From NCBI RefSeq assembly GCF_053902955.1, contig NZ_AP045072.1: a stretch of 24,000 bases of DNA; one strand, given 5' to 3'. Made by a program: the position numbers and the translations under genes. The notes under the pieces were generated by a model. It was not told where the DNA came from. It did not search any database and was given only the letters and a program-made list of their open reading frames with translations. Below are positions 1-9,474 of this stretch, piece by piece (the stretch's first letter is position 1; the number at the start of each line of letters is the position of its first letter).

Positions 1-843
1 ACTTCAGATGATAAAGACGTTATTGCAATCGATGGAAAAACACTCCGGCATTCTTATGACAGGAGTCGCCGCAGGGGAGCGATTCATGTCATTAGTGCGT
101 TCTCAACAATGCACAGTCTGGTCATCGGACAGATCAGGACGGATGAGAAATCTAATGAGATTACAGCTATCCCAGAACTTCTTAACATGCTGGATATTAA
201 AGGAAAAATCATCACAACTGATGCGATGGGTTGCCAGAAAGATATTGCAGAGAAGATACAAAAACAGGGCGGTGATTATTTATTCGCTGTAAAAGGAAAT
301 CAGGGGCGGCTTAATAAAGCCTTTGAGGAAAAATTCCCACTGAAAGAATTAAATAATCCAGAGCATGACAGTTACGCAATTAGTGAAAAGAGTCACGGCA
401 GAGAAGAAATCCGACTTCATATTGTTTGCGATGTCCCTGATGAACTTATTGATTTCACGTTTGAATGGAAAGGGCTGAAGAAATTATGCATAGCAGTCTC
501 CTTTCGCTCAATAATAGCAGAGCAAAAGAAAGAGCCCGAAATGACAGTCAGATATTATATCAGTTCTGCTGATTTAACCGCAGAAAAGTTCGCCACAGCA
601 ATCCGAAACCACTGGCACGTGGAGAATAAGCTGCACTGGCGTCTGGACGTGGTAATGAATGAAGACGACTGCAAAATAAGAAGAGGAAACGCCGCAGAAT
701 TATTTTCAGGGATACGGCACATCGCTATTAATATTTTAACGAATGATAAGGTATTCAAGGCAGGGTTAAGACGTAAGATGCGAAAAGCAGCCATGGACAG
801 AAACTACCTGGCGTCAGTCCTTGCAGGGAGCGGGCTTTCGTAA
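1..843 (+). mobile_element. ISAs1-family / H-repeat transposase, C-terminal part of copy 1 (CDS open from window start)
   Basis: Frame +1 at position 4 reads [43 protein letters not shown]... and continues to the TAA after GSGLS. Near-identical to residues 100-378 of the full copy at 1670-2806 (offset 1963 bp). Confidence 0.93.
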
Positions 844-854
844 TCTTTCCCTGG
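841..854. repeat. Right terminal inverted repeat of ISAs1-family copy 1
   Basis: taatctttccctgg directly after the transposase stop; same as the right end of copy 2. Confidence 0.75.
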
Positions 855-990
855 GTTTAACAACCCCTCTATGAATACAAATGCGCCTATAAGCCTACAA
901 GTGCTCGGTGAGCTTTATGGATATCAAAGATATATTATGCCTAAAGGTCCTTTCACTGGATTCCCATTTGAATTTCAAGAGGTAAAGTAA
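853..990 (+). pseudogene. Short coding remnant, possible C-terminal tail of an Rhs (or similar polymorphic toxin) protein cut by the H-repeat
   Basis: In-frame translation GFNNPSMNTNAPISLQVLGELYGYQRYIMPKGPFTGFPFEFQEVK*, ending immediately before the ATG at 991. Lies in an Rhs/H-repeat context. Confidence 0.5.
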
Positions 991-1389
991 ATGGAAATGC
1001 TTGGGAAGATATTAGTGATAATTATTTCCATGATAATTATATCTTGTGATTATTATAATGCTGGCATGGACTATCAAGATAATATAGCCCTCGAGCAAGT
1101 CGTAACATGGGATTCTGATAATATATTCACACCTAATATCTTTGAACATAATGGAAGATGTTTTATGAAGAAAAATGAAACATGGATGTTATTAAATGGA
1201 GATGCAACACCAAACATTAGAACAATGAGCAATAAGAAAATAGAATGCCTGGAGAAGAGTGAAGTAGAATGGGCTAGTAGGGTTTGCGACAGTATCACAG
1301 ACAAGGAAAGGGAAAATCTGAAGGCATTAATATGTAGCAAACCAGCTAAATCAGTTAATACAGGCAAAAGACCAGCGTTAGGATATTGA
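991..1389 (+). CDS. Small putative lipoprotein (132 aa), candidate orphan immunity protein
   Basis: ORF with hydrophobic N-terminus and lipobox-like MIIISC (Cys19, followed by Asp). Starts directly after the TAA of the preceding remnant, with an AGAGG SD-like motif. Adjacent to Rhs core remnant. Confidence 0.65.
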   Translation: MEMLGKILVIIISMIIISCDYYNAGMDYQDNIALEQVVTWDSDNIFTPNIFEHNGRCFMKKNETWMLLNGDATPNIRTMSNKKIECLEKSEVEWASRVCDSITDKERENLKALICSKPAKSVNTGKRPALGY

Positions 1390-1437
1390 AACCGGCACTG
1401 CACTCTATCACTATTACAATATTCTGAGTGACTAGAG

Positions 1438-1530
1438 CAACTGCTCCGCCATCCGGGCTAGCAGTATGACGACGAATCCGAACTGCACTACAACTGGCAC
1501 CGGTACTACAATCCGGGACAGGGACTAGGG
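1438..1530 (+). pseudogene. Degenerate Rhs core C-terminal fragment
   Basis: Frame reads QLLRHPG*QYDDESELHYNWHRYYNPGQGLG, resembling the Rhs core signature LRFPGQYxDxESGLHYNxxRYYDPxxGRF, with an in-frame TAG at 1459-1461. Confidence 0.85.
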
Positions 1531-2817
1531 AAAGATCACGCAACGCTGCTTTTTTGTACTAAATAATTCGCATTTTATGTTTAAAAATTGAGATATTCCT
1601 CATTACCTGAAGCTGTTTTTTATTGCTTATACATGATCAAATACTCCTTACATAATTAAGGAGAACAAAATGGAACTTAAAAAATTGATGGAGCATATTT
1701 CTATTATCCCCGATTACAGACAAGCCTGGAAAGTGGAACATAAATTGTCGGATATTCTACTGTTGACTATTTGTGCCGTTATTTCTGGTGCAGAAGGCTG
1801 GGAAGATATAGAGGATTTTGGGGAAACACATCTCGATTTTTTGAAGCAATATGGTGATTTTGAAAATGGTATTCCTGTTCACGATACCATTGCCAGAGTT
1901 GTATCCTGTATCAGTCCTGCAAAATTTCACGAGTGCTTTATTAACTGGATGCGTGACTGCCATTCTTCAGATGATAAAGACGTTATTGCAATTGATGGAA
2001 AAACGCTCCGGCATTCTTATGACAAGAGTCGCCGCAGGGGAGCGATTCATGTCATTAGTGCGTTCTCAACAATGCACAGTCTGGTCATCGGACAGATCAG
2101 GACGGATGAGAAATCCAATGAGATCACAGCTATCCATGAACTTCTTAACATGTTGGATATTAAAGGAAAAATTATCACAACTGATGCGATGGGTTGCCAG
2201 AAAGATATCGCAGAGAAGATACAAAAACAGGGCGGTGATTATTTATTCGCTGTAAAAGGAAATCAGGGGCGGCTTAATAAAGCCTTTGAGGAAAAATTCC
2301 CACTGAAAGAATTAAATAATCCAGAGCATGACAGTTATGCAATTAGTGAAAAAAGTCACGGCAGAGAAGAAATCCGTCTTCACATTGTTTGCGATGTCCC
2401 TGATGAACTTATTGATTTCATGTTTGAATGGAAAGGTCTGAAGAAATTATGCGTGGCAGTCTCCTTTCGGTCAATAATAGCAGAACAAAAGAAAGAGCCA
2501 GAAATGACGGTCAGATATTATATCAGTTCTGCTGATTTAACCGCAGAGAAGTTCGCCACAGCAATCCGAAACCACTGGCACGTGGAGAATAAGCTGCACT
2601 GGCGTCTGGACGTGGTAATGAATGAAGACGACTGCAAAATAAGAAGAGGAAATGCAGCAGAATTATTTTCAGGGATACGGCACATCGCTATTAATATTTT
2701 AACGAATGATAATGTATTCAAGGCAGGGTTAAGACGTAAGATGCGAAAAGCAGCCATGGACAGAAACTACCTGGCGTCAGTCCTTGCTGGGAGCGGGCTT
2801 TCGTAATCTTTCCCTGG
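1525..2817 (+). mobile_element. Complete ISAs1-family (H-repeat / ISEc1-like) insertion sequence, about 1.29 kb
   Basis: Left end ctagggaaagatcacg (1525-1540) is an imperfect inverted match of right end cgtaatctttccctgg (2802-2817); contains an intact 378 aa transposase. Confidence 0.85.
1670..2806 (+). CDS. ISAs1-family transposase (H-repeat-associated protein, YhhI/YbfD/YdcC-like)
   Basis: 378 aa [43 protein letters not shown]... recognised as an H-repeat-associated protein. Confidence 0.96.
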   Translation: MELKKLMEHISIIPDYRQAWKVEHKLSDILLLTICAVISGAEGWEDIEDFGETHLDFLKQYGDFENGIPVHDTIARVVSCISPAKFHECFINWMRDCHSSDDKDVIAIDGKTLRHSYDKSRRRGAIHVISAFSTMHSLVIGQIRTDEKSNEITAIHELLNMLDIKGKIITTDAMGCQKDIAEKIQKQGGDYLFAVKGNQGRLNKAFEEKFPLKELNNPEHDSYAISEKSHGREEIRLHIVCDVPDELIDFMFEWKGLKKLCVAVSFRSIIAEQKKEPEMTVRYYISSADLTAEKFATAIRNHWHVENKLHWRLDVVMNEDDCKIRRGNAAELFSGIRHIAINILTNDNVFKAGLRRKMRKAAMDRNYLASVLAGSGLS

Positions 2818-2875
2818 GGGAGCGGGCTTTCGTAGTCTTACCCTGACTCTCCCCAGCCCTAAACACAACCCCCAC

Positions 2876-3646
2876 TCACCACAACCTAAACTCATCCGCA
2901 TCCCGCCATGCCGGAAACTTTTCTCTATATTCCCGCAATGCCATCATCGACAGCTCCGCATCAATGCGCGTTGCCTGATGCGCGTCGGCAGTAGCGATAA
3001 TCTCGCCTTGCGGATTAATCACCCGGCTGTCACCGCGATAATGGCAGCCGTTGCCATCGCTGCCGACGCGATTGCATCCCGCCACATACGCTTGATTCTC
3101 AATCGCGCGGGCTGTCAGCAATGCCTGCCAGTGCAGAGAGCGCGGAGCAGGCCAGTTGGCGACGTACAGGGCGAGGTCATAATCGTTGAGATTGCGCGAC
3201 CACACCGGAAAACGTAAGTCGTAGCACACCAGCGGCAAAATACGCCAGCCGCGCCATTCCACAATCACTCGCTCATTGCCCGCTTTATAATGCAGATGCT
3301 CATCTGCCATGCGGAACAGATGACGCTTATCATAAAAATGTACCGTGCCGCCCGGCTCAACCAGCAAAAAGCGGTTAACCGAACCAGACTCCGTTTGTAA
3401 TGCAACACTGCCTGCAATCAGCGCATTGCACTGCTGCGCTTTAGCGGTCATCCAGTTCACTACGTCATCTTGTGCTAGCGACGAAGCTGCCGCTTCCATG
3501 GCAAAGCCGCTGGTAAACATCTCCGGTAGAACGATCACATCGCGCCCGGTAATACCTTCCAGTTGACGATCAAAATGGCGCAGGTTGGCAGGACCATCCA
3601 TCCACACCAGTGGTTGCTGCAAAAGCGTAATCTTCAAACCAGGCAC
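2876..3646 (-). CDS. yafV: Omega-amidase / nitrilase-family hydrolase YafV
   Basis: Nitrilase-like protein with VLPEMFTSGF, DKRHLF and VCYDLRFP motifs. Start placed at GTG (PGLKITLLQQ...), giving 256 aa as in K-12; the ORF extends to 3655. Confidence 0.93.
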   Translation of the reverse strand: MPGLKITLLQQPLVWMDGPANLRHFDRQLEGITGRDVIVLPEMFTSGFAMEAAASSLAQDDVVNWMTAKAQQCNALIAGSVALQTESGSVNRFLLVEPGGTVHFYDKRHLFRMADEHLHYKAGNERVIVEWRGWRILPLVCYDLRFPVWSRNLNDYDLALYVANWPAPRSLHWQALLTARAIENQAYVAGCNRVGSDGNGCHYRGDSRVINPQGEIIATADAHQATRIDAELSMMALREYREKFPAWRDADEFRLW

Positions 3647-3799
3647 GGTGTACAACTCCTTTATGCGAAGGGTTTTATAACTCTAACACCTTATCAGGCA
3701 GTTGCCTTAGCGCAGAATAAATTGATAACAAATGCTGATATTGGAAATATCTGATTTGCAAATTATCGTGTTATCGCCAGGCTTTAGGGAGTTAATCAC

Positions 3800-4273
3800 A
3801 TGGGCAGGATAAGCCCGGGAGGAATGATGTTTAAGGCAATAACGACAGTCGCCGCTCTGGTCATCGCCACCAGTGCAATGGCGCAGGATGATTTAACCAT
3901 TAGCAGTCTTGCAAAGGGCGAAACCACCAAAGCGGCGTTTAATCAGATGGTGCAAGGGCATAAGCTGCCTGCCTGGGTGATGAAAGGCGGTACTTATACT
4001 CCCGCACAAACCGTGACATTGGGAGATGAGACGTATCAGGTGGTGAGCGCGTGCAAACCGCATGACTGTGGCTCGCAACGTATCGCTGTGATGTGGTCCG
4101 AGAAATCTAATCAGATGACGGGGCTGTTCTCGACTATTGATGAGAAAACGTCGCAAGAGAAACTCACCTGGTTGAATGTGAACGATGCGCTTTCTATTGA
4201 TGGTAAAACGGTGCTGTTCGCGGCGTTGACCGGCAGCCTGGAAAACCATCCGGATGGCTTTAATTTTAAATAA
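3800..4273 (+). CDS. ivy: Inhibitor of vertebrate C-type lysozyme Ivy
   Basis: 157 aa periplasmic protein with signal peptide and CKPHDC motif; matches recalled Ivy sequence. Confidence 0.96.
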   Translation: MGRISPGGMMFKAITTVAALVIATSAMAQDDLTISSLAKGETTKAAFNQMVQGHKLPAWVMKGGTYTPAQTVTLGDETYQVVSACKPHDCGSQRIAVMWSEKSNQMTGLFSTIDEKTSQEKLTWLNVNDALSIDGKTVLFAALTGSLENHPDGFNFK

Positions 4274-4287
4274 TTAGCGGATAAAGA

Positions 4288-4313
4288 AACGGAGCCTTTC
4301 GGCTCCGTTATTC
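4288..4313. terminator. Probable bidirectional terminator between convergent ivy and fadE
   Basis: Hairpin aacggagcc-tttc-ggctccgtt followed by attc; lies between convergent stops. Confidence 0.75.
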
Positions 4314-4315
4314 AA

Positions 4316-6760
4316 TTACGCGGCTTCAACTTTCCGCACTTTCTCCGGCAACTTTACCGGCTTCGTCGCCAGCTCTTCCGGATCAAAGTCATCAACGTTA
4401 ATACTGCGCAGACGGCTTTCTTCAGCTTTCACCAGAATAGCGGCTTCATCTTTATCAATCAGCCCCTTCGCCAGCGCGTTGTGCGCCAGTTCATCCAGAC
4501 GGGTAAACGGCAGGTTTTTACCCAGCTCTTTACAGATCCGCTGATGAATCGGGTCGGCGGCAATCACATCCACCAGCGCCTCTTCCAGTAAACCAACCGG
4601 GTTATGCTCGCTCGGCGTCAGGTACTGACCGCGACCAATGCGGGAACGGGTGGCGTTCGGCACTTGTAAAATCTTCGCCACCTTATGATCCAGCTTGTCA
4701 GAAGGTGCCAGATAATGACGTCCGGTCGGGAAGATCACCACATTCAGCAGCCCGGCAACCACGCGGTTCGGGAAGTTTTGCAGTAAATCGTCCATCGCCT
4801 GTTCTGCCTGATACAGCGCATCCTGTACGCCCCAGTGCACCAGCGGCAGGTCGGCTTCGTTGCGGCCTTCGTCGTCATAACGCTTCAAAACGGCAGAGGC
4901 GAGGTAAAGCTGACTTAAAATATCCCCCAGACGTGCCGAGATACGCTCACGACGTTTCAGGCTGCCGCCCAGCACCGCCATCGAGACATCAGAAAGCAGG
5001 GCGAGGTTGGCGCTCAGGCGGTTCAGGTGCTGATAGTAGCGTTTAGTGGCATCGCCGGTTGGCGTGCTGCTGGTTAAACCGCGCGTCAGGCCCAGCCAGA
5101 AGCTGCGAACTTTGTTGCTACCGACGTGACCGATATGTTTGAACAGCAGTTTATCGAACGCATTTACGTCATTGTTCTTCGCCGCTTCCATCTCTTCCAG
5201 CACGTACGGATGGCAACGAATCGCTCCTTGTCCGAAGATCATCATGCTGCGGGTCAGAATGTTAGCCCCTTCAACGGTGATGGCAATCGGTGCGCCCTGG
5301 TAAGCACGGGCCAGGAAGTTACTTTGCCCGAGCATAATGCCTTTGCCACCAGTGATATCCATCGCATCAATAATCGACTGCTGCCCACGGTGGGTACAGT
5401 GATACTTAACGATAGCCGACAGCACGGCAGGTTTTTCACCGAGCATAATGCCGTAGGTAATCAGCGATGCCGCAGCATCCATTACATAAGCGTTTCCGGC
5501 AATACGCGCCAGCGGCTCTTCAATCCCTTCCATCTTACCAATAGAGATTTTGAACTGACGGCGGATGTGCGCATACGCACCCGTTGCCAGCGCTACCGAT
5601 TTCACGCCGCCGGTTGAGTTGGAAGGCAGGGTGATACCGCGGCCTACCGAGAGGCACTCCACCAGCATCCGCCAGCCTTGCCCGGCCATTTTGGGTCCGC
5701 CGATAATGTAATCGATCGGTACGAAGACATCTTTACCGCGCGTCGGTCCGTTCTGGAACGGCACGTTCAGCGGGAAGTGGCGACGACCAATTTCCACGCC
5801 CGGCGTGGTGGTCGGGATCAGCGCACAGGTAATACCTAAATCTTCTGCGCCACCCAGCAGTTTTTCCGGGTCGGAGAGTTTAAACGCCAGACCAAGCACG
5901 GTCGCAATCGGCGCGAGCGTAATGTAGCGTTTGTTCCAGGTCAGTCGCATCCCCAGCACCTGCTGGCCCTGCCACTCGCCCATGCAAACAATCCCGGTAT
6001 CCGGAATCGCGCCCGCATCGGAACCCGCTTCGGGGCTGGTCAGTGCAAAGCAAGGGATCTCCTGACCACGCGCCAGACGCGGCAGATAGTGATCTTTCTG
6101 CTCGTCAGTGCCGTAATGTTGCAGTAGCTCACCCGGGCCTAATGAGTTTGGCACGCCGACGGTAATCGCCAGGATCCCGCTCACTCCGGAGAGTTTTTGC
6201 AGCACGCGAGACTGGGCATAAGCCGAGAACTCCAGCCCGCCGTACTCTTTTTTGATGATCATCGCGAAGAAGCGATGCTCTTTAAGATACGCCCACAGCT
6301 CCGGCGGCAAATCCGCCAGCTCATGGGTAATCTGGAAATCATTCGCCATCCTGCAGGCTTCTTCTACCGGGCCGTCGAGAAACGCTTGCTCTTCTGCGGT
6401 CAGGCGCGGCTGCGGATAGTTATGCAGCTTTTTCCAGTCCGGCTTGCCCTGGAACAAATCGCCTTCCCACCAGGTGGTGCCCGCATCAATCGCTTCTTTC
6501 TCAGTGCGCGACATCGGCGGCATCACCTTACGGAAACCGCGAAATACCGGCGCGGAAATCATCGACTTACGCATAGGCGCAAAGTTAAATGGCACGAGGA
6601 TAATGGCCAGAGGCACCAGTACCCACGCCGACCACAGACCAGCAACGCCGAGTGCGGCTGTCCAGGCGAGCAAAATCAGACTGCTGATAAATAAGCTCAC
6701 GCGGTGATAGAACAACGCGCCGAGCAGGACAACCGTAGCGAGAATACTCAAAATCATCAT
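4316..6760 (-). CDS. fadE: Acyl-CoA dehydrogenase FadE
   Basis: ORF 840 aa to 6838; start at [14 protein letters not shown] gives the known 814 aa FadE. Confidence 0.96.
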   Translation of the reverse strand: MMILSILATVVLLGALFYHRVSLFISSLILLAWTAALGVAGLWSAWVLVPLAIILVPFNFAPMRKSMISAPVFRGFRKVMPPMSRTEKEAIDAGTTWWEGDLFQGKPDWKKLHNYPQPRLTAEEQAFLDGPVEEACRMANDFQITHELADLPPELWAYLKEHRFFAMIIKKEYGGLEFSAYAQSRVLQKLSGVSGILAITVGVPNSLGPGELLQHYGTDEQKDHYLPRLARGQEIPCFALTSPEAGSDAGAIPDTGIVCMGEWQGQQVLGMRLTWNKRYITLAPIATVLGLAFKLSDPEKLLGGAEDLGITCALIPTTTPGVEIGRRHFPLNVPFQNGPTRGKDVFVPIDYIIGGPKMAGQGWRMLVECLSVGRGITLPSNSTGGVKSVALATGAYAHIRRQFKISIGKMEGIEEPLARIAGNAYVMDAAASLITYGIMLGEKPAVLSAIVKYHCTHRGQQSIIDAMDITGGKGIMLGQSNFLARAYQGAPIAITVEGANILTRSMMIFGQGAIRCHPYVLEEMEAAKNNDVNAFDKLLFKHIGHVGSNKVRSFWLGLTRGLTSSTPTGDATKRYYQHLNRLSANLALLSDVSMAVLGGSLKRRERISARLGDILSQLYLASAVLKRYDDEGRNEADLPLVHWGVQDALYQAEQAMDDLLQNFPNRVVAGLLNVVIFPTGRHYLAPSDKLDHKVAKILQVPNATRSRIGRGQYLTPSEHNPVGLLEEALVDVIAADPIHQRICKELGKNLPFTRLDELAHNALAKGLIDKDEAAILVKAEESRLRSINVDDFDPEELATKPVKLPEKVRKVEAA

Positions 6761-6781
6761 AACGAAAAGCCCCTTACTTGT

Positions 6782-6798
6782 AGGAGGTCTGACCACTT
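6782..6798 (-). promoter_or_regulatory. Putative FadR operator upstream of fadE
   Basis: Reverse complement AAGTGGTCAGACCTCCT contains the FadR-like core TGGTCAGACC; located just upstream of the fadE start. Confidence 0.7.
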
Positions 6799-6999
6799 GT
6801 GATGATATGGTTGTAGTGGATGTAAAAACATTTAGCAATACGTTTACAATATAATTACAACAAAGCTCACATTGTTGCTGTTTTTATCCGCACTTCAGGT
6901 CAAAAAGTCCTGGTCATAGCACCTGCCCGTACTTCTCGCTTTTGGCGGTATCCGGTACACTGCATTTTGTCTATTACATTTATGCTGAAGGATATCCTC

Positions 7000-7578
7000 A
7001 TGTACCAGGATCTTATTCGTAACGAACTGAACGAAGCGGCGGAAACGCTGGCTAATTTTTTAAAAGATGACGCCAATATTCACGCCATTCAGCGCGCGGC
7101 GGTCCTGTTAGCAGACAGCTTTAAAGCCGGTGGCAAAGTGCTTTCCTGCGGCAACGGCGGCTCCCATTGCGACGCTATGCACTTTGCCGAAGAGTTGACC
7201 GGTCGCTACCGTGAAAACCGTCCGGGCTACCCGGCGATTGCCATTTCTGACGTCAGCCATATTTCCTGCGTCGGTAACGATTTTGGTTTCAATGATATTT
7301 TCTCCCGTTACGTTGAAGCGGTAGGTCGCGAAGGCGATGTACTGCTGGGGATCTCCACCTCCGGTAACTCTGCAAACGTGATCAAAGCGATCGCGGCGGC
7401 GCGTGAGAAGGGGATGAAAGTGATCACCCTGACCGGTAAAGACGGCGGCAAAATGGCTGGCACAGCGGATATCGAAATTCGCGTACCGCACTTTGGTTAT
7501 GCCGACCGCATTCAGGAGATCCACATTAAAGTGATCCATATCCTGATCCAGTTAATTGAAAAAGAGATGGTTAAGTAA
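7000..7578 (+). CDS. gmhA: Sedoheptulose-7-phosphate (phosphoheptose) isomerase GmhA/LpcA
   Basis: 192 aa from [20 protein letters not shown]; SIS-domain protein with [20 protein letters not shown]. Confidence 0.96.
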
Positions 7579-7693
7579 GGTCTTTTCTCCCTTTCAGGGA
7601 GAGGGCCGGGGTGAGGGTAACAGCCTGAACCTTTGTACTTTTTAATCAATCTTCGCCGGGGGCCATGCGCTCCCGCTGTTGTGGAGGTTACCC

Positions 7694-8461
7694 ATGTGCG
7701 AATTGCTCGGGATGAGCGCCAACGTCCCTACCGATATCTGCTTTAGTTTCACCGGACTTGTACAGCGTGGTGGTGGAACCGGGCCACATAAAGATGGCTG
7801 GGGCATTACCTTTTACGAAGGTAAAGGCTGTCGCACATTTAAAGATCCGCAACCCAGCTTTAATTCCCCCATCGCCAAACTTGTCCAGGACTACCCGATA
7901 AAATCCTGTTCGGTGGTGGCTCATATTCGCCAGGCTAATCGGGGCGAGGTGGCGCTGGAAAATACTCACCCGTTTACCCGCGAGTTATGGGGGCGTAACT
8001 GGACTTATGCCCATAATGGACAACTGACGGGCTACAAATCACTGGAAACCGGCAACTTCCGCCCGGTCGGTGAAACCGATAGCGAAAAAGCCTTTTGCTG
8101 GCTCCTGCATAAATTAACGCAGCGTTACCCGCGCACACCGGGCAACATGGCGGCAGTGTTTAAATATATCGCCTCACTGGCGGATGAACTGCGGCAGAAG
8201 GGCGTTTTCAACATGCTGCTTTCTGACGGGCGCTATGTAATGGCGTATTGCTCGACTAATTTACACTGGATCACCCGCCGCGCGCCGTTTGGCGTGGCAA
8301 CGTTGCTGGATCAGGATGTGGAAATCGACTTCAGCTCGCAGACCACACCGAATGATGTGGTCACGGTGATTGCGACACAGCCGCTGACGGGCAATGAAAC
8401 CTGGCAAAAGATTATGCCAGGTGAATGGCGCTTATTTTGCCTCGGGGAGCGTGTAGTTTGA
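7694..8461 (+). CDS. yafJ: Class-II glutamine amidotransferase-like protein YafJ
   Basis: 255 aa from [22 protein letters not shown]; N-terminal Cys2, typical Ntn-type glutaminase motifs ([18 protein letters not shown]). Confidence 0.94.
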   Translation: MCELLGMSANVPTDICFSFTGLVQRGGGTGPHKDGWGITFYEGKGCRTFKDPQPSFNSPIAKLVQDYPIKSCSVVAHIRQANRGEVALENTHPFTRELWGRNWTYAHNGQLTGYKSLETGNFRPVGETDSEKAFCWLLHKLTQRYPRTPGNMAAVFKYIASLADELRQKGVFNMLLSDGRYVMAYCSTNLHWITRRAPFGVATLLDQDVEIDFSSQTTPNDVVTVIATQPLTGNETWQKIMPGEWRLFCLGERVV

Positions 8462-9172
8462 TGCCAGTTGTGGCTGCACAACTTCGTGGCTTAACGGCTT
8501 GCTGACCACGTAACGGCCATTGACCACAGAAACGGTCGGTGGCTTACGGGTTTGCTCAAAGTAGTCGTAGCCTGGCTTCAGTTGCTCCCAGAAGTCCTTA
8601 AAGTTGGAATATTTATGGCGCTTCATATTGGCGTCGGTCATACGGAACGGGTAAATACTCACTTGCACGCTCGGCTGACCAAACACCAGCGCACCAGTAA
8701 CGAACTGGAAGATCTCATCAATACCCTGATTGGTCATCGCGTAGCAGCCGATGGAAACACAATCGCCGTGAATCATCAGGTATTTCCCTTCATAACCATG
8801 CGCACGGTCATAGGCGTTTGGGAATCCAATATTAATCGCTTTGTAGTAACGGCTGTCTGGTTTTAACTGATTACGCTGGACGCTATAAAACCCTTCCGGG
8901 CTTTTGAAATCGCCCTGACGCTGTTTTGGCCCTAAGCCGCCGGAATATTTACAGATTTTATAGCTGTCGAGCAGTTGATATTGCTCGCCCATTTTGACGT
9001 AGAGATCGAGCGTACGTTCTTCCTTGAAGATCTGGATGTAGACAGGGGATCCCATCAACTGCTGCTTATACTCTTTGCTCACTGGCGTGGTCGAGCTACT
9101 GCTGCCCAGCAAACCGGCAAACGAAACGCACGGGATCAACAACATCGCAAGAATTAATGCGATTTTACGCAT
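8432..9172 (-). CDS. dpaA: L,D-transpeptidase-family protein YafK (DpaA/LdtF)
   Basis: 246 aa with signal peptide and [18 protein letters not shown] (HXnSxGC motif of YkuD-fold proteins). Confidence 0.93.
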   Translation of the reverse strand: MRKIALILAMLLIPCVSFAGLLGSSSSTTPVSKEYKQQLMGSPVYIQIFKEERTLDLYVKMGEQYQLLDSYKICKYSGGLGPKQRQGDFKSPEGFYSVQRNQLKPDSRYYKAINIGFPNAYDRAHGYEGKYLMIHGDCVSIGCYAMTNQGIDEIFQFVTGALVFGQPSVQVSIYPFRMTDANMKRHKYSNFKDFWEQLKPGYDYFEQTRKPPTVSVVNGRYVVSKPLSHEVVQPQLASNYTLPEAK

Positions 9173-9474
9173 ACTGCTTATTCCTTGATAAAACGGTTAC
9201 ACACGCCAGGACGGCAAAATGAATCCCAAATCGGAATAGTCTGGATTTGGAAGGCTCACATTATCACCAAAAGAGTTTTACGCAAGCCTGTCGGCGCAGG
9301 GTTTACAAATTTAGCACAGGGGCAGTTTTCAAGAGTCCGAAAAGCGCATGGATTGTAGATTTATTTCTTATTTCCTAAGATTATGAAACCGCAATAGTAA
9401 TATGCAAATAAGCAATTAATAATCCCGTTTACTCCTCCGGTCTTTTAAAATTCTCACCTTCATTCAGCTGGTTT

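Noticed and set aside
1355-1543. 62 aa minus-strand ORF over the Rhs fragment
   Set aside because: It is the complement of the recognisable Rhs core remnant; no independent support.
3563-3754. 63 aa plus-strand ORF overlapping the yafV 5' end
   Set aside because: Mostly antisense to yafV, no recognisable domain; best explained as a by-product of coding composition and the yafV-ivy intergenic region.
4705-6707. Several plus-strand ORFs (4705-5046, 5126-5617, 6197-6694, 6444-6707)
   Set aside because: All antisense inside fadE, low-complexity arginine/histidine/proline-rich translations typical of the complement of a GC-rich gene.
7108-7539. 143 aa minus-strand ORF
   Set aside because: Antisense of gmhA with no domain-like features.
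7579-7640. ctccctttcagggagagggccggggtgagggt downstream of gmhA considered as a novel element
   Set aside because: A short hairpin of a kind common in E. coli intergenic regions; may act as a transcript end, but nothing beyond that can be supported.
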